Origin: an uncultured virus (IMG/VR IMGVR_UViG_3300043006_000086)
Lineage: Duplodnaviria; Heunggongvirae; Uroviricota; Caudoviricetes
Virus record (IMG/VR): IMGVR_UViG_3300043006_000086
Span: 1-64,000 of that record
Direction: 5' to 3' (one strand)
Length of the DNA: 64,000 nucleotides
The notes under the pieces were generated by a model that saw nothing but the letters and a program-made list of their open reading frames with translations, did no database searches and was not told the origin of the DNA. Made by a program: the position numbers and the translations under genes. Below are positions 44,301 through 54,600 of this stretch, in pieces (position 1 is the stretch's first letter; each line of letters begins with the position of its first letter).

Positions 44301-47300
44301 TTATTAATCGCGACAGAAAGATATGAAGAATTAGCTGAAGCAGTTAAAAATGCTAGAGCTGAAGAAGCTTCTAAAAATAAAGCTGACATTGGAAATGCTT
44401 TAACTGATGCAGAAGACGCTTTTGAATCAAGAATGCGAGGAAATCCTTTTGATGATAATTATTTTACTACTAATTTACAAGGGAAAGATGTTTATCAAGC
44501 GAATTTTTATGGCATTACAGATTTAGCTGACCCTGATAGTTATAATTATGACACTGGCGCGTATGGTTATGATGAACTTAATAGTGCACTTGATGAAATT
44601 GATGAAAAATATAGAGATTTAATTAAAGTAGATCCATGGGGACGGCTTACTATTGAAACAGCGCAAAGTTCAGATGGATTAATTTCAGCATATGAAGCCG
44701 CTGAAGCTTTACGAGATTCTTTATATAATATGGGAGAAGATGCTCGAGAATCTGATGCATATAAAAATGTAAATGAATATCTTCAAACTATGCAAGAAGA
44801 TTATGAAAATCTTATTGATTTAAAGAAAGAGTATACTGATACAGCGGTTGAAACAGATTTTCAAACAGTATTAGATAATTATACTGGCGATACAGATTTT
44901 AGTAATATCACAAATTTAGATAATTTTATTGATTCAGCAGCTAAATCTATTTCTGAGATGGAAGATGGAAAAGTTAGTATTGATGATGCAAAAGAATCTT
45001 TATTATCTTATATGTCAACTTATTCGGATTATTCTGATTTAGTTCAAGAATCAGAACTTGTCAAAGAAACTGCTGATCAATATAATTTCGATCAAGATAA
45101 ATTAAAAACATGGTATGATCAACAACAAGATGATGCTATTGATAATTTTTCTGATTTATATGTTAAGCTTAATTTTGAAATAGTTAATGATGATACTTTA
45201 AGTGATGATCTTGATGCACAAATTAAAGTTTTACAAGCTCAAGCAGATGCTGACACCATTAAAATTAATTATGAGACGTCAGATACTGCTTTAAGTGACT
45301 TTAAATCTGGCATGACAGCAGATGAGTATAAAAAATTTCAGTCTAGTAGTGGATTAGATTGGGGTCAAACTGTTGAAGGTTTAGAAGATCCAATTATTCA
45401 ATATAGTGAATTCTTAAAGATGTCTGAATCTGAACAAGCTCAATATTTAACAGACATTAATAAAAAATTATATGACAGTTATAATGAATCAGCTTCAACT
45501 GCAGAAAAGGCTGATAGTGAGTATATATCTTATCTTCAAAGTCGTCAAACAGAATTACAAGATATTATTGGTGATTTTAATGAGGCAGATAAAGAAACTG
45601 CGAGACAGAGTTTTAATGGAACAGACGAAGAATTTCAGTCTTTTTGGGATGAAAAAGTTGCAGAAGTAGAAGCTGCGAAAGAAGAACTTGATGCAATAGA
45701 TGAAGAGATAGCTGAATACCAATCAGATTCAGATAGTAGAAGTTCTGATATTGAAATCAATGCAATATTAAAAGATCAAGAATTAAATGAACAACTTAAT
45801 GATTTACAAAGTACTGAGTATAAAATTGGAGTAACTTTAGATGTCGATAATATATCTGCCTTGCAGGAATTATTCGGTAATGATTGGGCAAAAGAGTTAC
45901 AAGATTATGTTCAAATTGGAGTAGATGGATCTTATGAATTAGTTAAAAACGCTGATGAATTTAATGATAAAGTTCAGCAAGCTTATTTAAGCTCAATTGC
46001 TTCCGATATGGAGATGCCAGATGTAAAAAATTATCCAACAAATACTGATGCATATAATCAAGCTATAACTGAATATCAAACTGAATATGCTCAAAATTTA
46101 GCTAAAATAAAAGCTGGTTTAGTTGCAATTAAAGATGATGATACTTTTGATAATCAATTAGAGTATTATAAAGATTTATTAGGTTTATCAGATGAATGGG
46201 CAACTAATGTTAAAGACGCTAGAGACGCACAAGATTCTACAAAAGATACTATTGAAAATTTGAATAGATATTTAGAAGAAGGTAATATTACTTCAAGCGA
46301 GTTTGTTACTAGATTAAATAATCTATTAAATAATGATTCCTCTCTAACAACTGAAGAAAAAATTAAAGCTATTAATGACGCTTTAGATCAAGGCAAATAT
46401 ACAGCAGAGCAATATCAAAGTGAATTAGAAACAATATTAAGCGATTCTGGTTACACCTCTCAAAAGAAAATAGAAGCTATAGATAATTCAAAATTAACTG
46501 ATACTCAAAAAAGATCTGAAAAAGAAAATGTTTATACAAATGCAAGTGATATTTCAGATACAGCTAAAATTTCAGGGTTAGAAGGATTAAAAGTTTCAGA
46601 TTCTACTGAAGAGGATCTTTCTAGAATAAATCAAGAAATCTTAGATATTATAGATTCATCTTCTGAATTATCTGATAGCGAAAAACTAGAAAAATTATTA
46701 GCTACTGATTGGGATGAAGCTACAAAGTCTAGTGAAAAGCATAAAAATACTATGCTAGATATTTTATCTGGAGATACTAATTTAACTTTATCTGAAAAAA
46801 TAGAAAAAATAAATAAAACTATTGCTGGTGGAACAGATGATGCTATTAAATATGGTGGAATTATAGCAGATATTTTATATTCTGACAAAAATTCTACTAC
46901 TCAAGAAAAACTTGAAGCTTTATCAAATGCGCTTGATAAGGTACAAATAACATCAGAAGATGCTAGTAACACTATTTCTTCTATGATTAGTAATAATCAA
47001 ATTAGCTTAGAAGAATTAAAGAATTTTTATAGCGAAAATACGCAGCTTACAGATTATACTGATAAAGTAAAAGAATTAGCTGCTAGTTATGATTATTGTA
47101 CAGAAAGTCTTCAAAAGTATAAAGATGCATTAGAAGAAGGTAATGAAGAAGCAATTTCAGCAACTGAAAAAGCACTTGAATTATCAATAAAAGTTGCAGA
47201 AAATGCAGAAAAATTTAGTATTGATGCAAATGTAATAGAGGCTTTTATAGAAAATCTTTCATCAATGGAAGAATATGCTGATGCATCAGCTGATGAGATT

Positions 47301-50300
47301 GTTAGACTTGGAACTGCTTTTGCAAGAGCTAATGAAGGTTTAAATGATTTATGTGATAATAGTGATACATATCAAGATATATTAGATGAAATAGTGGATA
47401 ATGGTTATGCACAAGCAATTACTCAAGATACTTCAAATACTAAAAAGTTTATAACTTCTTTAGCGAATCTTTTAAATACAAGTGAAAGTGTTGCAAAAAG
47501 TCTCCTAAAAGATCAAAAAAATGCTGATGCATTATCTGGGGCTTTACAAGGCAATACAGATGATATTAAAACTTTAGATAAAGAAGCTAGAAAATTAGCT
47601 GCTATTGAGATTGGTGTTGATGTAGATCAAATCGAAGGCGGAGGTGAAGCTTTAGATTCTTTACTTGATAAAATGGATGAAATTCCAGAAGGTAAAGAAA
47701 TTTTAGTTGAATTAAACGGTGATGAAGAAGCTACATCAGCTTTACAGGGTTTAATCCAAGAGCTTTGGAATTCTAGTGATAGTATTGATGATTTTAATAA
47801 TAATTTAGCTCAATTAGATCTTTTTGGTGATTTGGCTGCTGTTGCAGAAGATAACATGGGTGGAATGATTGATGGAGTTTATCAATCCGCAGAAGAAATG
47901 GCAGCTGCCGGATATGTCTTAATAAGTAACGCAAATGGCATAACTGAGGGATTGTCAAGTGCATTAAGCTTAGAGACAGATGTCGGTTCTATGACAGATA
48001 ATATACAGACAGAAGGAGAAACTGAAACACCGGCTTCTTTTTATCCAGAAGAAAATGGAGAACAAACTATAAATGTACCAGGAGCGGCTTTTTCATCAAA
48101 TGGTGAAAGTTTTGATTTTACTAAAACTGATGGTGCAACCTTAACATATAAGGGTATTAGGTGGACAACTGGAGATACTCAAACCGAATCTATTGAAGAT
48201 CAAACTCCTGTTACTCAAGTATGGGTAAGACCTCGAAAAGGAGGTGGAGCAGGAACTGCGACTCATGGAAATCGTAATGTAAATGGCGGTGGACGTCGAA
48301 GTAGTGGAAGCAGAGGAAGTAGAGGTAGCGGAAGTAGAGGCAGTACTACTAGAAAAAATTCTGCTGAAAAGAAAACAGCTAGTGCAGAGCGCTATCACAA
48401 AGTTGATAAAACTCTTTCAACTTTAGAGAAGCAGTATGATGCTATTTCTAAAGCAAAAGATCGTGCTTTTGGAAAATCTAAATTAAAAAATCTTCAAGAA
48501 GAATTAAAAACTCAACAGGCGATAGTTAAAACCCAAGCAGAGTATTTAAAACAAGCTAATGATTATCTTAAACAAGATAAGAAGAAACTTAATAAGACTG
48601 GAACAACAACGGTAAATGTTGATGGTACTGACTATAAGCTTAATGCAAGTGCCGAAGGCTATTTAGGAATGAAAGTCAAATATGATGATAATAATAACAT
48701 TTCTAATTATGATGAACTTATGGCCGCCAATGATAAAAAGCTTGAAGCTGCTAGAAAAGCATATACTAGTGCTAATTCTGATGATGACGCAGCTAAAGTA
48801 GCTTGGGAGAAAGCTCAAGCGCAGTATGAGGCCTTCCAACAATTCTTGTCTCAATATGAAGAAACGGTTGAAACTGTTCAAGAAAAACAGCAAGATTTAC
48901 AAGATTCTGAAAATGAAGCTTATGATCTTTTAGTTGAAATTACAGATACTAAACTAGAGTTAAAACTAGAAGTTAATGAGGAAGATTTAAAATTATTAGA
49001 TTACTATCTTGGTAAACTTGGTGATGATATTTACGATATTGCAGAAGCAATAACTTTATTAACCCAGGAAGCTGATGTATCATTAAGTAATATTGATGCA
49101 ACAACTCAGCATATGGAAGATACTTATAAGACAGCTCTTGAGCAAGCAGGCGTTAAGAATGTTGATAAAAAAGTTCAGAAGTTAATGAATGGTGAAACAT
49201 TAAGCGATTCAGATATGGAAAAACTTGCATCAACATTGACTGATGACCAAAAGGAATCTTTAAAAGATGATACTGCTAAACTCTTGGAAGAGAATAATAA
49301 CTTACTTGAGATTCAAGCTTCTATTTATGAAGATATTGGAAAAGCATTTGATGCTAATGATGAAAAGTTAGATAAGCAAATCAATAAGCTTCAAAGATTA
49401 AGTAAAGTTACTGATACTTATAAGAACTTAATAGATATTTATGGTCAGAAAAACCTTGGTGTTTCTAATGATACAATGAATAAATTGTATGAGACACAAA
49501 GAAAACAAGCTAAAAATGAGTATGATGCTTTAGTTTCTAAAAAAGAAATGCAAGAATCTGAAATCAAAAAGATGGAAGAAGCTAAACAGCAGCTTATCGA
49601 CATGGGCTATAAAGAAAATAGCACTAATGTTAAAGAACTCCAAGAACAGATTGATGCAGCAAATGAAGCGCTAGAAAGCACAGAAGATAGTATCGAAGAT
49701 GCTAAAACTAGCATTGCAGAACTTACTGTGGCGCAATTTACTCAAGAGATTACTGCGGCAGTCGATGCCTTTAAGGAATCTTGTGGTGGGCTTGCAGGTA
49801 GCATCGATGAATTACAAACAGCTTTTGAAAGAAGTAAAGATATTGCAGATGAATATATTCCAGAATATGAAAAAGTATATGAATTAACTAAATTAACCAG
49901 AAAAATTAATAATAGTATTGATGATACAAGTAATATTAAAGCAAAGAAAGAATTAAATAAATTACTAGAAGAAATCAATGAGAAACAAGAGAGCGGAGTT
50001 CAAATGAGTGAATATGAACTCGAATATCTCCAGAAAAAATATGACTTGAAAGTTGCGGAATTAGCTTTATCAGAGGCTCAAAACGCGAAAAGTCAAGTTC
50101 GTTTAACTCAAGATGCTGAAGGTAATTATGGATATGTTTATACTGCGGATGACTCTCAGGTAGAAGATGCTGAACAAAATTATGAAGATAAATTATATGA
50201 AATGCAACAATTAAATGCAGAATATATAAATACTCTTCAAGAACAAATGATTCAGCTCCAGCAAGAAGAAGCCGACGCTTTAGCTAGTTTGGCAGAGGAA

Positions 50301-51557
50301 TATCAAGACGATGTTGAAGGATTTAATAAAGCGGCTGCTGAATTACAAGCTTATTATGCAGAAAAAAATAGATATACTTCTGAGCAAATGGGCATTGTTA
50401 TTGAAAATAATAAAGAATTATATGAGGATGATGTTGCATCTTATGCGGCTGCTACTGGAAATAAAGCCCTTGCTGATGAAGAATATATTTCTTCTTTTAG
50501 TGACACTCAAATATCTATGTTAACCGGATATAAGAATATGGAAGAGTATCAAGATAATTATACTGAATCTGCGAAAGATATGTATTTAACTGCGGCAAAT
50601 GCTTCAGCTGAGTACGCAAGTAATATAAAAGATGATTTAACTCAGATGGGCTATGATGCAGAGAGATTTGATGAAGAAATGAGTGAAGCTTTAGATAGCG
50701 TTCAAGAAGAGTCTGATTTTCTTAAAGGCAGTATCAGTGAAACTGCTACACAAGCTGAAAATGATTTTGATGGAATTATGGAAAAAGTTACAACTTTTCA
50801 GAGCCAGTATAGTCAAGTTATCAGTGATATTCTCCAAAAGAATGAAGCTTTAGTTGAATCATTTAATAAACTTTTAAAATCTTGGAATGCAGTTGAATCT
50901 AAAGATACTGATGAAGTAAAAACAAATACAAGTGGAACAGGAAACGCGACTGATAATGATAATAGTAGTCAAGGTGAAAACGGAGCAAGTGGAACTGGCA
51001 CTAAACCGACTTGGGATCGAATCATGAGTGCTTATAATAGAATTAATTCTGGTGCTTGGGGAAATGGTGTAAGCCATCGTATCACAATGGGTGCAAAAGA
51101 AGGCTATACAAAAGCTGAAGTAACTGCGGCTCAGACATATATCAACTATGTATATCCCGTTTCTGAGCGTGGTAAAGGATATAGTTCCGCAAAAGCTAAG
51201 AGCTTAATGGGATATGATACTGGTGGATATACTGGAGACTGGGGAGACAATGAAGGAAAACTTGCATTATTGCATAAGAAAGAAATCGTTCTTAATAAAG
51301 AAGATACTGAGAATTTCTTAAATGCAATAGATATGGTTCGTGAAATTTCTAATATGATTGATTTGAATGCGGTGTCCGCAAGTGGCGGATTAGGACAGAT
51401 ATTAGCTGCTTCTGTTGGAAATTCAAGTAATCAAACATTAGAGCAAGAAGTTCATATTACTGCTGAATTCCCGAACGCAACTGATAAGAATGAAATTTTA
51501 GAAGCTTTTGACAATGTTATAAATCTTGCATCTCAATATGCAAATCGTAGTAAATAA
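41397..51557 (+). CDS. Tail tape measure protein (3386 aa)
   Basis: TP901-type core (TRESADTVGNAFKTIFARI, AGTRQ...L.ALM.NW); long helical repeats; C-terminal YDTGGYTG..G.LALLH.KE.VLN. Confidence 0.92.
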   Translation: MAQQLNVNLALTADTSNAKAQLQSLQKQLTDLTKIANKSTDLGFSKSIKESTTLIAQLKAQLDSATTSAGNLDLSKFNDSLKSSNTTITQYKDALTNLGPEGEQAFAQLANSVNNAEIPMKRAGKLLDDFAVTLKNTAKWQISSDIMHGFQGALQSAFGYAQDLNESLTNIQIVTGQTTSQMAQFAEQANKSAQALSTTTTAYTDAALIFYQQGLSGSEVTDRTDVVIKMAQATGDSATEVSSYMTAIWNNFDDGSESLEHYSDVITALGAATASSSSEIAEGLSKFSSVAETAGLSYEYATSALATVVAKTRESADTVGNAFKTIFARIQDLELGETLDDGTDLGTYSQALEKVGVDIKDASGELKDMDTILDELGGKWKTLSNDTQLAVAQAVAGTRQYTQLMALMNNWDYMQENLAVAEDSEGTLEEQASTYADSWEAAQNRVTAAAEAIYDSLIDDQFFITLDNLLADLLKGVNDLIKGLGGIPGVLGTIGSIATNVFSKQIASGLNNVAYDIKMLTKSGREEVENLRKQASTSLISSIRDKATKSSGTQADIYTAEADAKKALYESAEKLNEVEQKTAQNLADQVTALKEEAQAKIDIEKAATSDRKQNEKAIENVVTSNDTSGEGSSIFSAFKDTTSIYTQQQSYIDSLNSQLHSLGENGVESIQNIKDAMDGFQDRLETAGIKLEEMPKDFQELYKKVQDFVNSNGTTGSFDDILKNFDDVASGIEIEIETFVNEFKDEFVESLGLSGEEAVKCKDKIDAFVKSLQNEKTAHLDVEDAVVIQQNAVKNLKDYLTQARDSSLSFGETMTSAARGITALTSEMNAIKGLGDVFTSDASGLDKFVSIASTAATTIPTLISGLKALSAVAGGPVTAILAIGSAVIGVFKAVKEAEENNISKLEEQAEKSKEIADEAYEQATQDKEVLKTYQDALTAYDKVSGDGKEALVEASQAVTEAYEIENAQLLIATERYEELAEAVKNARAEEASKNKADIGNALTDAEDAFESRMRGNPFDDNYFTTNLQGKDVYQANFYGITDLADPDSYNYDTGAYGYDELNSALDEIDEKYRDLIKVDPWGRLTIETAQSSDGLISAYEAAEALRDSLYNMGEDARESDAYKNVNEYLQTMQEDYENLIDLKKEYTDTAVETDFQTVLDNYTGDTDFSNITNLDNFIDSAAKSISEMEDGKVSIDDAKESLLSYMSTYSDYSDLVQESELVKETADQYNFDQDKLKTWYDQQQDDAIDNFSDLYVKLNFEIVNDDTLSDDLDAQIKVLQAQADADTIKINYETSDTALSDFKSGMTADEYKKFQSSSGLDWGQTVEGLEDPIIQYSEFLKMSESEQAQYLTDINKKLYDSYNESASTAEKADSEYISYLQSRQTELQDIIGDFNEADKETARQSFNGTDEEFQSFWDEKVAEVEAAKEELDAIDEEIAEYQSDSDSRSSDIEINAILKDQELNEQLNDLQSTEYKIGVTLDVDNISALQELFGNDWAKELQDYVQIGVDGSYELVKNADEFNDKVQQAYLSSIASDMEMPDVKNYPTNTDAYNQAITEYQTEYAQNLAKIKAGLVAIKDDDTFDNQLEYYKDLLGLSDEWATNVKDARDAQDSTKDTIENLNRYLEEGNITSSEFVTRLNNLLNNDSSLTTEEKIKAINDALDQGKYTAEQYQSELETILSDSGYTSQKKIEAIDNSKLTDTQKRSEKENVYTNASDISDTAKISGLEGLKVSDSTEEDLSRINQEILDIIDSSSELSDSEKLEKLLATDWDEATKSSEKHKNTMLDILSGDTNLTLSEKIEKINKTIAGGTDDAIKYGGIIADILYSDKNSTTQEKLEALSNALDKVQITSEDASNTISSMISNNQISLEELKNFYSENTQLTDYTDKVKELAASYDYCTESLQKYKDALEEGNEEAISATEKALELSIKVAENAEKFSIDANVIEAFIENLSSMEEYADASADEIVRLGTAFARANEGLNDLCDNSDTYQDILDEIVDNGYAQAITQDTSNTKKFITSLANLLNTSESVAKSLLKDQKNADALSGALQGNTDDIKTLDKEARKLAAIEIGVDVDQIEGGGEALDSLLDKMDEIPEGKEILVELNGDEEATSALQGLIQELWNSSDSIDDFNNNLAQLDLFGDLAAVAEDNMGGMIDGVYQSAEEMAAAGYVLISNANGITEGLSSALSLETDVGSMTDNIQTEGETETPASFYPEENGEQTINVPGAAFSSNGESFDFTKTDGATLTYKGIRWTTGDTQTESIEDQTPVTQVWVRPRKGGGAGTATHGNRNVNGGGRRSSGSRGSRGSGSRGSTTRKNSAEKKTASAERYHKVDKTLSTLEKQYDAISKAKDRAFGKSKLKNLQEELKTQQAIVKTQAEYLKQANDYLKQDKKKLNKTGTTTVNVDGTDYKLNASAEGYLGMKVKYDDNNNISNYDELMAANDKKLEAARKAYTSANSDDDAAKVAWEKAQAQYEAFQQFLSQYEETVETVQEKQQDLQDSENEAYDLLVEITDTKLELKLEVNEEDLKLLDYYLGKLGDDIYDIAEAITLLTQEADVSLSNIDATTQHMEDTYKTALEQAGVKNVDKKVQKLMNGETLSDSDMEKLASTLTDDQKESLKDDTAKLLEENNNLLEIQASIYEDIGKAFDANDEKLDKQINKLQRLSKVTDTYKNLIDIYGQKNLGVSNDTMNKLYETQRKQAKNEYDALVSKKEMQESEIKKMEEAKQQLIDMGYKENSTNVKELQEQIDAANEALESTEDSIEDAKTSIAELTVAQFTQEITAAVDAFKESCGGLAGSIDELQTAFERSKDIADEYIPEYEKVYELTKLTRKINNSIDDTSNIKAKKELNKLLEEINEKQESGVQMSEYELEYLQKKYDLKVAELALSEAQNAKSQVRLTQDAEGNYGYVYTADDSQVEDAEQNYEDKLYEMQQLNAEYINTLQEQMIQLQQEEADALASLAEEYQDDVEGFNKAAAELQAYYAEKNRYTSEQMGIVIENNKELYEDDVASYAAATGNKALADEEYISSFSDTQISMLTGYKNMEEYQDNYTESAKDMYLTAANASAEYASNIKDDLTQMGYDAERFDEEMSEALDSVQEESDFLKGSISETATQAENDFDGIMEKVTTFQSQYSQVISDILQKNEALVESFNKLLKSWNAVESKDTDEVKTNTSGTGNATDNDNSSQGENGASGTGTKPTWDRIMSAYNRINSGAWGNGVSHRITMGAKEGYTKAEVTAAQTYINYVYPVSERGKGYSSAKAKSLMGYDTGGYTGDWGDNEGKLALLHKKEIVLNKEDTENFLNAIDMVREISNMIDLNAVSASGGLGQILAASVGNSSNQTLEQEVHITAEFPNATDKNEILEAFDNVINLASQYANRSK

Positions 51558-51560
51558 ATT

Positions 51561-51592
51561 ATAGGGTGGATTTATTCCACCCTATTTTTTGT
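51561..51592 (+). terminator. Intrinsic terminator
   Basis: ATAGGGTGGA-ttta(t)-TCCACCCTAT plus T run. Confidence 0.85.
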
Positions 51593-51611
51593 TTTGGTCA
51601 ATTAAAATTAA

Positions 51612-51640
51612 TTGACTTTGCGAAAATTTTTAGGTATAAT
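51612..51640 (+). promoter_or_regulatory. sigmaA-like promoter
   Basis: TTGACT-N17-TATAAT. Confidence 0.6.
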
Positions 51641-51666
51641 AGAAGTGAGAGAAAGGAGGCCCTTAA

Positions 51667-54600
51667 ATGGCAGTTAAAGATTATTCTGCATTAGTGGATA
51701 ATTTATTTAAAAGTGTTGATGTTATAGTTGAAAAACAATTAGAAGCATTACCTTATGACAGAACAATAAAATGCTCTATTGTAAATACTGATAATGCCGA
51801 CAAAGGAGAATATATAGTCTCAGATGGCGCATCTAGCTATAAAGCTTATTCAGAAAACACTGATTACCAAGAGGGCATTTATGTTTATGTAAATATTCCA
51901 AATGGAGATTTTAATGAACAAAAAATGATTGTTGGTAAATGCACCAGCGATGATACAGAATATTTTACATATGTCCCGCCTATGGAGACATATATAGATA
52001 TAACTCACAATCTAATTGATGAAGGATCTCCAGAGGCTAGTTTATTAGCAAATGGGAATCGCGCAGGAGTAACAATTTGGAGTGCAAAGAATTTAAACTT
52101 AAAAGGTTATGACCGATTAGGAATCCAAGCGAGTTTTAAAGCTTGGTTAAATTCTATGAATTGCATTTCTGGCTCTTATGGATTACGAGTTGATATAAGA
52201 GTTGTTGAAAATAATACAACGCAAGAAACAAATAAATATAAATATTATTCTTTTAATCTTGATTCAGAAGCTGACATGTATGGAAGTCCATATAATTTTG
52301 AAACTTTTTATAGTCAAGAAAAAGTTGTTGATATATCTGGATTAGGTACTATTGATACAATGCGAGTTGTTTTTTATCAAAATAGTGATTTTTACAATGG
52401 TGATAAAGAATTAATTCCAAATTATGATAGTGATTTAAAAATGGATTTACCAGATAATCTTTTTATTCAAGACGCTTATATAAGTGTTGGATATAATTTA
52501 AGCGACTTTACCGAAGATACTTTAATGTTATTTACTTTAGATTCTGAAACTTATGGAACTGATTTGAATATATTAAAAGATAGATTAAAAGATAAAACTG
52601 TGGATGACGCAGATTTAACAGATTCTGAACGAAAATTTTTAGAATTAGATTTAAATGATGTAAATGCTGTAAATACATATCTAACTGAGTGCGTGAATAG
52701 AAAAAATTTACAGTTAAGATGGATTCATTTAGATGAAAGCACAGAAAATTTTAAATCTTTAGAGACCCTTCCAAAAGACGAAACCTATGGACAAAAAGGA
52801 ATAATCCATTGGTATCGTTATAAGCTTGCTAATGGCGTTGAGGATGAATTAGCAGGAGCATTCTATGAAGAAATGCAAGATTCTAAAGATAAATTTTCTA
52901 TAGAGTTTGATCCAGATATTACAGAACAAACTGAAAGAGTAAAAGCTATTTTAGAATATCCTTCAAGAGAATATATTGAAAAAGTTAAAAAAGATGATAC
53001 AACATTAATTCGTTATAAGGATACTATTAAGGGCAATGAGAGGTTTTTATATAATCTCTGTCAAGAAGGCGCAACTAGCGTAGATGACATAAAGGATGAA
53101 GCTTTAAAAACAAATGTTACAAATCTTTTAACCGCAATTAATAAATTATCTGAAGGACAAAGGATCCTTGAGCTAGGACTTGAAGGTCTTAAAACTTTTA
53201 CAACTGTTATGAATCAAGTTTGTAAAACAGAAAATGATGCAACTAATTTATTAAAGAACTTAGGTTTTGGAAACTTTGATGAATCAAATGCAGCTGTTTT
53301 AGCTAGTAAAGGTGATGTTATTGCAAGTGGTAATACTCTTGTTGAACAGCAAAAAAATGAAGTAGAAGAATTAAATGCTTATTATAAAAATATTGGAAGT
53401 TCAGTAGATGCGAAAGGTGAATTAGAAACGCAACATAGTAGTGAAAAAGAACTTGCTCAAAGTTATATTGATTCTTTAAGCACTTCTTTGAAATATTATT
53501 TTGGTGTTGATTTATATTTTAATGGAAAACCTTATACAGAAGATGAAATGACTAATGCGGTTACCGAGTATGAGAGTCGAGAAGCTGAACTTGATGGTTC
53601 CGTTAATTATTATGAATCTGAGGTTTTAATACTTTCTAATGAGCAAAAAGTTGCTGATAAAGCAACTATAGATTTGATTAAGGGACTATCTATTGAATGT
53701 GATACCGCAGGATATAATGGTAATTATAAAATCTATGATGATACAGGAAAGATTATGTCATCATCAGAAGGTAGTAAATTAAGAACTTTAACTGCAACTT
53801 ATACTTCTTTAGTTTCTGGCGAGGATGAATTAGATACCGCAGAACAAATTTCTTGGTATATCCCTATTGAAAATACCATGATTTATTATCCTACAAAAGG
53901 GTATGAATATGATGATTATAAGATGATCAGTATTGCGGATGAAGCAGAATTTAAATCTTATATAGGGCAAATATATACTAAAACAATTAATGGTGTTTAT
54001 TTAAGTGATAATGGATATAATAAAGTAACTACACAAGATACATATTCCTCATTAACTAATTATTATATTAAAATTACTGAAAAAGATTTATCAACTAAGG
54101 TGGAAGATGGTTATTTTGTAATTACAAGAAGAGGCACTGAAAAGGTCGGAAAAGAGCCTGGTCTTGAAGAAGCAGATTCTACTGAGCAATTATTTAGAAT
54201 TAAGTCTCAATATACTCAAAGCGCAATTAATAATACAATTAGATGCGAAGTTGTAAAAAATAATATGACTTATTCCGCAGAGGTTAGTTTGACTTTTGGA
54301 CCTCATGGAATAAATGGAACTGATTATACTTTTACGCTTGAATTTGAAGATAATAGTTTAGCTCTTACCTATGGAAAGAGTGTAACAGTAGTTCCAAAAG
54401 TTTATGATAATGAAAATAATGACATTACTTCAACCTTCACCGATGGATTTGATTTTAGTTGGTATTCTGAGGGTGATGGCGGTTTAGAGATGGCAAATGA
54501 GAGTGGAAATACTTGCACTATTAATACCGTTGAAGAAACTGGAAAAAGTATTTTAGATTGTCGTTATTATATTTTAAAAGCAAAAACTAAACAGGCGGTT

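Noticed and set aside
25890..51612. Late-promoter motif GGYCAA-N6-TTAAT (25890 and 51596)
   Set aside because: Only two clear copies in AT-rich DNA, too few to support a call
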